From contig NC_092672.1 in assembly GCF_964355755.1 (NCBI RefSeq), positions 36,958,437 through 37,022,436 of the forward strand: DNA of 64,000 nucleotides, read 5' to 3'. The notes under the pieces were generated by a model, which was given only the letters and a program-made list of their open reading frames with translations, was not told the origin of the DNA and made no database searches. The translations under genes and the position numbers were made by a program. Shown piece after piece: positions 52,793 to 64,000 of the stretch; position 1 is the stretch's first letter; every line of letters starts with the position of its first letter. This DNA comes from Antedon mediterranea. Lineage: Eukaryota; Animalia; Echinodermata.

Positions 52793-55700
52793 TTTCCACA
52801 TCCTCCTGTCTACTGTGAGTTTGACGATCAGATAATGTTAGTTCTGCAATTACAACATTATGTCTAATTAAGTATTTTATTTATATTTACATCATCATAA
52901 TCCTTCAGATATCAACCAAGTGTGATATAAATATGCAATAAAAGTGCACAGTGAATGCTACCACAGATAGTGAATGTAAACAAATAAACAACTCACCGGC
53001 ACTTTGCACGCTTGGAGTGCTGGGTTCCGAGTCTCCCAGCAATGTGACCGTTTCTCTCGTATCTTCAATTTTTCGATTATTAGCGTTTACAGTCGGGGTT
53101 CTGTTGATTGTCAGGTGTTCGTACGGTGGTGGCAAGTCAGTATTTTCATCTTTGCAAAGTCTAAAGATAACAGAAACAAAAAGATATATAATTAAATTTT
53201 GAATAAAAATCTCTCAACTTCATTTGTTTGTCGCTCGAATTACTGGATTTGTTTACAATAAAGAAGGCAAATTTAAAATGAGTTTCTATAAAACCTATGT
53301 CCCTTATATTTTTCATATATTCTCATTATGATACATAATTCACATTAAATTAATAGTTGTATTAATAGTTGTATTAATAGTTGCTGTGAGAACACAAAAT
53401 AGAACACCATACATAAGCTCTGTCTACACCATCAAAACTAGTTTGACAAAAACAAATATGGTAGTGATATGCACAAATATGGTAGTGATATGACATCATC
53501 ATGTCCATATATGGGCACATCACTTTTTTTGTCACATAAAGTTTGATAGTGTAGACAGGGCTTAAGTAATGAAGTGTAATAACATTGGCCTAGGTATGGA
53601 TTGATTCTATTAGTTATTACTGATCTGCAAAAAGCACTGAACCATGACAAGCCCAAGGATTAGTCACTGTTGATATGGTAATTGATTGATACATCATGCA
53701 CGCTGCTTAGCTAAAACGAGGAGTTGTTTTAACTCTCTGGCAAAAATCAATAGATAAAACTTGTCTCACCTGTATGGAGGAGGGGGACTCTGGAACAGAC
53801 CATCAAATTCATCAGGGGGTGGTGGAGGACCACACCCTACCTCAAAATCTACCTGCGACAGTTGCTGTAAATGTTCCCTATCCCGCACTGTAATAACAAA
53901 ATATTCATGATAGTTAAACGGGTCATGGTCTAGTTGGGTTAACAAACAACCAACAAAAAAATGACACAAAATCAAAATTACGTACAAATCCGTAAGTAGG
54001 CCATTCTTCTTTGTCGCATCCGATATATCATAATGAGAACGACTCCGAGAATGAAGAAAGAAAATGCCATAGTCAACATCCACTGCATGTTTGTCTCAAT
54101 ATTTTTACCTGACGTTAAAAAAGAAAGAATATAATAAGTCTCAAGAGTGGATTATGAAATAGTCTCAAGAAGGATAAAGTTGTGATGTTGATTTCACACA
54201 AATTCATATTGCTTACCATTGTCCCCTCCCTTACACGTGTAGCCACAACACTCTACATTAGACCGTGTGTAATCGTTGCAGCTAGGCAATGCGCATGAAG
54301 CAGACGAACACATGGTGGATTCACCACAGGTACATGAGATACATGGATCAGACTGAACTGGTTTAAACCGGTCGCCTGATTTATAGACCTTGTCAAGCCC
54401 ATCAAAGCAAATGTAGTCAACGTCTGTGAAATAATCAATTCAAATTCTGACCGTTTTATTATTGGCATAATGGGTCATTTTGAGAGGAAGTATGGGTTAA
54501 AAATTGAAAGTAATATTAGTATTTTTTTTATTTCATAAACAAATTGAAAGTAAATACTATATTATTAATAAATACCTTTTTTGCATACATATCCAATCTC
54601 ATTGTTACAGCTGGTTAGGTCAATTCCAAGCCTTGGCCCGTCCCGCATACTCACATACCCGCAACGTGTGTCGTTCAAGAATGCTGGATCTGAGAGACTA
54701 TGGTGATCTATCATATGCACTTCTAGCATAACAGCCTGTTGATGGTTTAGAGGTTGATCTCGATTGACCTCTGACCAGTTTGAACTATTGACCCTTTCTG
54801 AGTACTGATATCCAATCCAGTAAGTAACTAAAGGGGGCTCTTTCCATGCATTTACCAATAGGCCTAAGAATTTTAATTCTAGATCGTTTTCTGCTGTAGC
54901 TAAATGAGCATTTGTCTCGTGACATGCTTTTTCTGCTTCACCGAAACTTACAGCTTTTTTGTTGAATTTATAACAAGAAGGTTGTTTTAAGTTGGAATTT
55001 ATCCATCCATCTGGACATTTTTCTGAAAGAGAAAACATTTTTATTATTAAACCCAAAAGAATATAACCAACATATTAGGCTTGTTGAATTAAAAAAAATG
55101 AAAAGAAAAGACTAAAAATTCAGTCACTTTAAAGAGACAATTACGATTCTTGGAACATACGTACCTTCTATGCGTATACCTGATAAATGATATTCTGGCC
55201 GTCGCACATACGTTTCTGATGGAGCTTGTGGTGTGGTTTGAGGGACTGGTAGACTACACAACACAAAACTTGGATTTACAGCTATTAAATAAAAATTTAT
55301 TAAAATCTGTTAAACAAAATTTCATTCAAAAAAGATTTAAAGGAGCTTTCTTCAATTTGCAATGCTTGAATTTGTCTTATCATTTATTGTTTGAATTCAG
55401 GATGTGCATCTTAATTTTTGCGGATTCTATGTTCACACGTGACAACCAACGTGTACATACAACATACAGTAGGTCTAATGTCATTGCAAATTGAAACAGA
55501 TCCCATTATTGAAACCTCCCACCCTACTGTATGTATTTCTGAAAAGTTCACTAAATAAGTTTCAAATCAAATCTACGAAAACAAATTGAATCAGGATTAC
55601 AATTTTTAAAGCTTTATTATTCATATCATTCAATTTATATCACAATAATTTTAATGGAGTTATACAATCATTCAATTTATATCACAATATTAATTTTAAT

Positions 55701-56088
55701 GGAGTTTAATTACATATCCTACCTAGTTAGGCCTAGGCTAGGCTATATTAATTATACTGAAAATGTCGTTCTTCAAAATAAAATATTTTTGTTTTTATTT
55801 ACAATATTAATTATGGGAAATTTTCAATCATACTAGTTAATACTAGGCCTGGAACTAGACTTTTCATCTTCCCTCCGCCCTCAGCATAACATACACACAA
55901 CATAGGCCTAAAGTAAAGGCCTACCTAGGCCCTAGAGGCCTAGGATTATTATTTAATTTAAAGGTGTCATCAGACACACAATGAACAAAAAAAATAAAAA
56001 CACATCACAAATACTAACCAATGACGAGTCCTATCGCTGTCATCATCACACATTTAGACAATTTTTCGAAGATTATTTTAAAATTCAT
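52692..56088 (-). CDS. DGCR2: Integral membrane protein DGCR2/IDD-like (signal peptide, C-type lectin, vWC, TM, PPxY motifs, PDZ-type C-terminus QTSV); 8 coding exons
   Basis: Exons 56088-56019, 55281-55165, 55022-54576, 54423-54217, 54108-53986, 53929-53770, 53160-52997, 52843-52692. Motifs: CTLD CPDGW...SCYKF...YWIGYQY; vWC DPCISCTC...MCSSASC...ECCGYTC; TM WMLTMAFSFFILGVVLIMIYRMRQRR; PPPPY and PPPY. Confidence 0.85.
53416..53562. mobile_element. Harbinger MITE family 1
   Basis: TIRs AGCTCTGTCTACAC / GTGTAGACAGGGCT. Confidence 0.8.
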
Positions 56089-56149
56089 GTTTCTCACAAA
56101 CAACCCTTAGGCCTATTATCACGTAAACATTATTTTAGAACATTATAAG

Positions 56150-56400
56150 CTAGCCTATCTGGGGAGAGAGAGAGTAAACTTGTACTTTTTCGATCCATAA
56201 AATGGCTTCTTTGTGACCTGTTCGGCGACCAATAGGTCAAATCCATTTTCTGTCACGTGACACAGATGATAAGAAGAAATAAAGAACTCGAGCGTTTTTT
56301 ATTTTGGACGTTGTTTATTCTGCATGCAACACGGGTTTTTTTGTTAGGCTAACTGCCGATCTATCTAAAATCATAGTTAATGTGAGTTAGGTTGTTTTTT
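56150..56400. promoter_or_regulatory. Putative bidirectional promoter DGCR2 (-) / CCDC117 (+)
   Basis: Palindromic E-box TGTCACGTGACA 56251-56262, CCAAT ~56229, YY1-like AAAATGGC ~56198; candidate + strand donor gtgagt ~56382. Confidence 0.45.
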
Positions 56401-56729
56401 TAAATCTCATCATAGGCCTAAACTGCTAGTTCTACTATTACCATTGTAGCTGAGACAGGTCCTGTGACTGTGTCAGTAGTTGAGAGCCTGATAACTAGTG
56501 ATACTCTGGCTAGGCCTTAGTTAGCCTCTAGCTAGCTGTCTGTGACAGTGATGATAGCGTGCTGGAATGCGTCCAGACGGGAGAGTGAATTTCATTTCAG
56601 GAGTCGAGTATGAATAATTAGGGCCTAGCCTTGTGTTTGTAGGTCAGTTCCTGTCTACCTGCCTCTACGTAAGGCGTCCGTGCCTAGACTAAGCTAGTAC
56701 GTAGTAATACTGCTAGTGGTGGTAGTGGC

Positions 56730-57952
56730 GGTGTCAGATGAAATCAGTCGCGTCTGAAATCGGTCGCGATAAAATCAACTTCCGGTATTTTGTATGGCGC
56801 GCCGTTAATAGAGCTATACGTTTAATGATATCGGTCGCGTTTGAAATCGGTCGCGCTATTTTGCATGGGACGCACTAGATACATTTTTTAATGAAAATGC
56901 TAATTATGTTTTTAGTTAATTTTGAATATAGAATTTCTAATACTATTAACATTTTGTTTACCTCGATCGTTATTATTTTTTTAGTACAGTAGGCCTAAAT
57001 ATAAATATTTATCTCATTATTTATAAATAATTTGTGTTTTCATTTTATCTTACAGGTGTCAATGAATAATTGTAATGTGTTCGTTTAGAAAATCGTTTTA
57101 AAAAGTGTTATTGAATATTGTTTAAGTTTTTGAAAAGATTAGCATGCCACTGTTTAAAGTTTTAAAAATGTTGAATTAAACAAGTAGACGCGCCTATTGC
57201 GTATTTTTTAATCACAGTTAATTACGAAACTAGTTCTATACCTGCAAGTGGATACCAGCTACTAGTAACTCGCCTTTTAACTAAATAATAATCATTTTTT
57301 ACTAGAAAATATTTTAGACCTAAACATTAGAAATAAAAATATACACGTGATTTGCCTCAACAATATTCATTATAGGCCTAAACTTAATATTATCCTACAT
57401 AACGTACGGACATAAATAAAATAGAAATTATAATACGGTAAGGTAATCCAATAGTAAGTTTTTAACGACATGGATATGATATATCTGCCACAGTATGCAT
57501 AAGTATAAAAATAGATACGCTGGCTTTACGGGCTATATATTGTTTGATTAATAAAAAACACAGACGTATATTCTCTATATAATAATATTAATTACAGTAC
57601 ATAATAAAATAGAGGTAAATTATTATATGCCTAATAAAATATTTAAACTTGTTTAGAAATGGCCATTTAGAAAAGACACAGTCCTTCTTCTCCGAGACCT
57701 GTGAAAAAAAAAAAAATGATAATAAATATTTATTAACCAAAATAAAAAATATCCACATAAATAATCTAGTTCCTAAAAAATATCAATTAAATAAACTATA
57801 TAAACGAAGAAAATGTATATCCCGCTAGCATGCATCTCGCTCCATACAAAATAGCTCGACCGATTTAAAACGCGACCGATTTAAAAATACAAAATACCGG
57901 AAGTTGATTTTATCGCGACCGATTTCAGACGCGACCGATTTCATCGTAAACC
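56730..57952. mobile_element. 1.2-kb non-autonomous TIR element with 8-bp TSD
   Basis: TSD GTAGTGGC (56722-56729, 57953-57960); long imperfect TIRs GATGAAATC(A/G)GTCGCGTCTGAAATCGGTCGCGATAAAATCAACTTCCGGTATTTTGTAT; GG termini (Merlin/MULE-like, uncertain). Confidence 0.85.
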
Positions 57953-58183
57953 GTAGTGGCTGTCACCGGGCCATGTTTATTATATTTTTCTAAAAAGTAA
58001 AATATTAAAAACAAAAATTCTGTAATTAAATAGTATGCATAATTATTAATATATACACATTCAATATGCATCTGCTCAATGATAATGTATTGTGTGGTCT
58101 ACTATGGAGGTATAATTTACGTCTATAATATTAATAACTATACGGACTATCCACAGTGATGTTGTTGAATAAATTAAAAGTAA

Positions 58184-58338
58184 AAGACGTTTACTATATA
58201 ATTTCAATATAAAATTTAATGACAAAAAGAGAGATCGACGTTATTATTGTTTTGTATTCACTTGATCTTGAAAATGGTTCTATGATGGTACCGAAACGTC
58301 GATCTCTCTTTTTGTCATTAAATTTTATATTGAAATTA
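58184..58338 (+). mobile_element. Very short Penelope-type insertion (hammerhead-bearing 3' end with inverted 5' copy)
   Basis: Perfect 44-bp inverted repeat 58199-58242/58295-58338; candidate TSD aaattaaaagtaa; gatc-TTGAAAA...GAAAC-GTC-gatc core. Confidence 0.65.
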
Positions 58339-58422
58339 AAAGTAAGTTTATTTTTTTTATCAGAGGCTTATGATTTAAATATTATTACTATTAGTGATAT
58401 TTATTGAGATTTATATGAACTT

Positions 58423-61350
58423 ATGGCCTCACTGTGGGGAGTGAACAGTACACCAGCAACTGAACAATGGAATTACAACGTTTCAACCAGCAGACAAACT
58501 ACATACAATCAAAGACCAGTAGCAGGAGAAGTTGATGCAGGTTTATCACGAAACAAGACAACATTCAGAAAGAAACATTTGTCTAATAGTTTTACAACGT
58601 AAGATGCAAAAATTAGATATGCAAATGTTAAACATAGAATAATGTAGAAAAGAATTGGGAAGCTCTCAAAAATGTGACCAATCACCAATACCATGTGTAT
58701 ATCTTGCCCATTCCATCCAAAAGCATGTCTCAATTAATATTTTAACATTACAACTTTTTCATTATACAGTAAATAACATTAAACAATAATAATATAACTT
58801 TATAATAAAATATAATGACAAAAAACAAGAAGATCGACATTTCGGAACCATCATGGAACCATTTTCAAGATCAAGTGATTGAATTATACAAAATTAACAA
58901 ACACCAAAGGTGACAGGAAATACTAATTAATTGGTTAATTAACAACAAAGAAGGCCTAAGATTCTAAGGCTTAAGTTATTAAGATCCTCCTTCTTAATTT
59001 ATAAACAATTTAGCTTTGACTGAATCGTTTTGTTTATTAAGTGTAGGTTTCAGTTCTTTGATCCAGAGCATTTCCTTAATTAAACAATCAAATTTGGATT
59101 TGCACTTAGACAATATCCTGAAATGATTAAAAGTTTCAATAGGACTTATATTATGTTTCTTTAAATGCTCTCCTATGGTGCCTTTACTGTGTAATAATAT
59201 AATTGCTATTTTTAATACAATTACAGTACACTGTATTCTCATATTGTGAAATAAGTTGACATTTTAAATCAAATTTTACTTTTCACTCATTTTTTAAAAC
59301 TGCCTAACATTTGGTTTTTATAATATATTGTTTTTAGTATTAAATAGTAATTAAAATTACTAAAATAATATTTTTTACCTTAAGGAATTGGAATTGTTCA
59401 GAAACAAGAAAATGTAAATTTACTGGTCAAAGGTCAACGTCTAAGAGACACTGTGAACTGCAAGGGTAAGCATAGTGTACTGTAAATTATTTATTAAAAT
59501 TGGGTGAAATACCAATAATAATAATAAACTTTTATAAAGCGCTATTTACTGATGTCACACAGCGCTAAAAGACCAACAAGAATTATTGAAAAAGGTGAAA
59601 TTTTAGAAGTGACTTGAATTGCTTAAAGTTGTATTGTCCCTTGAAACACAAAAAGTGAAAGTCAAAATATTCTAAATTTAAATTTAGTAATAACAAAGTC
59701 GAAAATTCGAGCCAAACACAACAAGTTTACGTAATTAACAGTTAAATTAATTTGATTACATTTCGTCTGGAAAATCGTCGCGAGCGAAAGTAAACAAAGA
59801 TTTCAAACCATGAGTATGCATTATGCATGATGCTAATTAGGATTGTTTACAACTCGTCACGGTTGAGAAGGTGTTTTCACACACATCGCGAGACAGTTTT
59901 ATGATTATGCATACAGAGTAGCCAAACAAGCGCATTACATTATGAGAAATGATCCACTACGCATTTATTCTTTGTTCTTGTTCAGGGATGATGAACCAAC
60001 AACAAAAAGGTTACTAAGTGAAAGGATGGCTGCAGGAATGAGGAAATTACAGATAACAGAAGATTCATCAAAGTTATGGAAAAATGGTACTGGCATAGAT
60101 GATGGAATGAACACATGGAAAGAGGAATTTACTGGCATCAATTATGATGGAATAAGCACATGGAAACAGAACTTAGATAATAGGTGATGTAGTAATTGAT
60201 GTATTGATTGATTTACTGTATTAACCAGAGTCACACAGATGCATACAGTATAAACATATAAAACAATTATTAATCAGTAAAACAGTTGGACTCTACTTAA
60301 AAGGATATCCCAAAAAGAAAACTTAATTCCATTAGGGTCCAGAATATCGAAAAAACAAATTGTACAGTTTCATACACAAATTATAAAAGAAGTAGTTAAA
60401 AATCAATAATCCAAGACGTAAAAAAACTATGATTTAAAATGTTTAAAATTTGTATAAAAATGGTTTTAATACAAATTCAAAGAAAAACAACAAAAAAACA
60501 GTTTAATCATGTGATATAATTGATATTCTTAATTACTGTTTTCAGATAAATATTTTAATATTTTGAATATATTAAAATTTAAATAAATAAAAACATAGGA
60601 CATTTTAAAGTAGCAAAATACAATAAACAGTATGGTGTACATAGCTTAGAATGCGACTTCTTTGTATTTGTCAAAGCCTAACCGCATATCAAAGTCTGTT
60701 TTTATTGCCTTGATTTTATTTATATTCTGGTTATTGTCTTTAAAAATATTTGAATTAAAATTTAAATATTTCACAGGTTAGACGTAGAGTCTGATGAAAG
60801 TGGATGTGAAGAAGACCAACCTCAATTTATAATTGAACAAGATGTTCTGAATGCAATTAAAACACAAAATGCATCCTCTTCACTACCACCTCAAATTTTA
60901 TCCAATATGTAAGTCATTTTTATTGTAATATGGCCTTATTTAATGTACTAAGCTCTGTCTACACTGTCAAACTAGTTTGACAAAAAAAGTGCCTAAACAT
61001 GGTAGTGATATGCCCAAATATAGTAGTGATATGACATCATCATGTCCATATATGGGCACATCACACTTTTTTGGCAAAGTAGTTTGATAGTGTAGACAGA
61101 GCTTTAGATATTATGAATGAATAGATATTATTATAATGTGAATATGTCCACTGGTTCTTATAGTATAATGTCTGTTTTCAGAAGAGAATCTACAATGCAG
61201 CTGGTGCTTTGGAAACCTGTACCATTCCCTGGATTATATAAGGCAGAAGAGGACGACTTATCTACAAATGAAGAAACAGCAGACGACAAACAAGATACAG
61301 CAGACGACAATATGGCAGATTCTCCTGTTGATGAGGATATGGATTTATGA
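58423..61350 (+). CDS. CCDC117: Coiled-coil domain-containing protein 117-like; 5 coding exons
   Basis: Exons 58423-58598, 59385-59465, 59986-60183, 60777-60908, 61182-61350 are phase-compatible. Motifs: EPTTKRLLSERMAAGMRKLQI, STMQLVLWKP (family MELVLWKP motif), acidic C-terminus EDMDL. Confidence 0.75.
58790..59190 (-). mobile_element. Penelope-like 3' fragment (GIY-YIG C-terminus plus hammerhead-like 3' region)
   Basis: ORF 59242-58994 ends GEHLKKH...FRILSKCKSKFDCLIKEMLWIKELKPTLNKQNDSVKAKLF (typical PLE endonuclease tail); downstream gatc-TTGAAAA-tggttccatgatggttcc-GAAAT-GTC-gatc at ~58872-58832. Confidence 0.75.
60951..61103. mobile_element. Harbinger MITE family 1
   Basis: TIRs intact; flanks CTA/TTA. 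Confidence 0.8.
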
Positions 61351-62019
61351 CAAAAATAATCAAATTGTTATATGTTTAATAGTACTCAGTGGCCGTATTC
61401 ACACTTAGGCTAAGGGAAACAATTAAGACAAATCTCCTATCTAAGTGAATACAATTTAGGGAAAATACTTAAATATTTATTGAGTTAAGTGAAATATTTA
61501 TTTTACAGCCACCGATTTCTGGTCGCTAATGCTGTAACTTTGTATTGCATATCAAAATCACACTACTGTATTTATTTATGTTGTTTCAGGATGGGAAAGC
61601 CAATGAAGGTTGATAAATAATTGTTTAGGTACACAATTCTATACAGCTAGCATTGCATTATTTTACTACTGTGTAATATGTGTACTGTAATGTGTTGAAG
61701 ACACTGTGCAGAAATGTTTAGTTAGTTGTATATATAGCTTTTTTTTGCCATCAAATGCTTTTTGGAAATAAAACATAGCATGCAAATACTGTGAAATATC
61801 TTTTATTTACTGTGATACCAACTAATAATTAACTTTATATACAAAAATGAATGAAATCTCCAATCCAATGCTTTTAAAGGATAAAGTTTCAATGTAAGCT
61901 CCTGCTTCTTGTAAACAGTCACAGTCAAACCCTACCCATTGGAATGTTTTGCTGCACTACATGAGCAACAATTATGATTATTTAGTTATCATGTTCATAC
62001 GCAAATATTATTTAGAGAA

Positions 62020-62739
62020 CTATTTTTGAGAATCTCTTGGCTTTGAACTCCGACTGTTTCTACTTTTAGAGGTTTTTGAAGCACTTGATGATCTGCTGGA
62101 TGAAGAAGTAACTTTACTTGGTGCATCTACAAGAGTTTGTGAGAGTGTTAGGTCAGTTGAAGAGGGTGCTTTTCTTGGTTCTTCTACTAGAAGACTCGTT
62201 TGTGAGAGTGATAAGCCACTACCATGTGTCATCGTCTTCAACATTTGTGTAATGGCAACAGGAGATACATTCATCTTCAGTAAATCCATTAGGATTCTGA
62301 TAAGAAAATATTTTATGTTTATGGCATACTTGTTTAAGAAAGTATATGAATTCAGGTCTCCTGGTATAGAGGCCAAGCATAAATGCCTATTGGCCCCTTA
62401 CATGAAAAAACAACTTTATTGTATTAAACATAAAGGCATATAGGTATTTCAGCAACTTTTTAAGTATGTTCTATTTTTTAAGTAGTGCCCTTTTCCATCA
62501 AAATAATTTATTATTGATTCCATTATTAATTAAATCCTAAATTAAATATTTATAATAATCAAACTTAAACAATATTGATGTGCTTACTTGTACACAGCCG
62601 GGCTAAGATTGACACCTGACAAATTGCAAAGCTCATATAGTTCTTGATCATCAGCCGACAAGGAATCTTTACCATAAAGTCCTGGAACTGAAAAATGATG
62701 GGTAGTGGCTTGCACTTTTTTCCCTCCACCACTTGTCAT
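62020..62739 (-). CDS. MZT2: Mitotic-spindle organizing protein 2 (MOZART2); 2 coding exons
   Basis: Exons 62739-62588 and 62296-62020; LSADDQELYELCNLSGVNLSPAVYKILMDLLKMNVSPVAITQMLKTM matches the MZT2 helical domain. Confidence 0.88.
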
Positions 62740-64000
62740 GCTTACTTTATAGTCCGGATTCAGTAATTCTATAGCCAGTAAGTAGATGTATAAAATAGAC
62801 ATGATGTCAATAATGTAATTATTAAGTCCTATCTATATTTTTTAATGGTTCTCAACCATTCCATTGTAAAACAATAAGTGACTTTATTCTGTATACTGTA
62901 CATACATGTTTACTGAACTGAGAGAGTGAAGTTAAAAAAAAAATGTAGTAATCTATAAGTCAACTGTCTTTCTCTTTCTTTAATACTGTATGTAGGCGGC
63001 CTATGTACTGTCTGTTGTAGACTAGTCACTAGTGACAGTGTATGGAGTATGATAAAATTTAGGCTTTTCTAATACTTAAATAGTTAGCGCTTTATTTTAG
63101 TTAATAGTAGGTCTATTATATAAACATAGATTTGGGTATAAGGTCTGCTTAAATCTAACTACAGTTTCAGAGATATCAGAACAGCCTAGGCCTAGATTTA
63201 GAAACCAGGCCACTTTCAAGAACAGAGCCTCACGCGGCCGGCCCCGTTGCGTTGTTTGCACTCTAGCTAGAGTAGTGGTAGGCATAATAGGCCCTAGCCT
63301 AGGCCTAGTAGTAGCTAACCTTTGTTACCTACTTAATACGCACGGGCCCCTAAAAATAAAGTACGAACAAATATATTCTATTACTTTTAATTGTTACCTA
63401 TGACAATAATAATTAATATTCAGAACTTGTAAAAAAAACAAAATCATTTCCGCGCGCCGCGAGAATAATGCGAGTACAAAATAAAAAAAACAAAAACAAA
63501 GTGTTTACCCTTTGACATAGGAAGACACAATGGACAATTTATTAAAATTTATGAATAAAAACATAGTGTAAGCCTATGTATATTTATATTTTCACGTAAA
63601 TAAACAAATTAAATACATTTTAATTTTATTTAGGTGATACGTGCGTATATATCGCCTGTTTGTAATTTTATATTTGACCACAAATATGAAACAATGTTTT
63701 AAGGTTGAAGTTCATGCAAATTTTGTGTATCGTCGCGGGAACGGAGTTTCGTAATAGAGATTTGTTTAAAATAAATCCATTGGAATCTCCATAAATGTAA
63801 TATAATGGCTGACGTAAAGGTACTTTGATAAGTCTAAAATATATAATATATCGAAATGAGTCAATTTATTAAAGTATTTGTAGGTAGAAGTTGTGTAGTC
63901 ACTAAGTTTTTGTAAGGTTCAGCATGTATCCCGGCCATGATTGACCTAGGCTATTGTGTTCTGTATTGCTGGGGCTTGAAACACCGCTTACTTCAACTTG

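Noticed and set aside
59623-59650. TTAAAG-TTGTATTGTCCC Kolobok-like end (complementary end seen at ~27403-27420)
   Set aside because: Isolated ends 32 kb apart facing away from each other; element boundaries cannot be defined.

Overview
AT-rich eukaryotic (invertebrate animal, plausibly deuterostome) genomic DNA. It is not prokaryotic, and it contains no CRISPR array or rRNA. Seven host genes can be assembled by hand from GT-AG exons: an intronless UNC5C-like ZU5/death-domain gene (+), AKAP1-like KH/Tudor (-), ULK/Atg1 kinase (+, 24 coding exons), MIOX (+), DGCR2/IDD-like (-), CCDC117-like (+) and MZT2 (-). AKAP1/ULK and DGCR2/CCDC117 are head-to-head pairs. Introns are rich in mobile DNA. 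There is a defective Penelope-like retroelement (RT + GIY-YIG, inverted 5' pLTR with a 34-nt tail, 12-bp TSD, degenerate minimal hammerhead), two further Penelope 3' remnants with U3-A8 variant hammerhead motifs bracketing a CCDC117 exon, about 17 copies of a PIF/Harbinger-type MITE, several other TIR elements, tRNA-derived SINEs and minisatellites. I found no clearly new multi-gene system. The best leads are the Penelope hammerhead motifs, an inverted MITE+SINE composite duplication in ULK, TAGGCC/CTAG-rich tracts in first introns, and a tandem duplication of the DGCR2 C-terminus. All calls come from reading the sequence; no database search was run.
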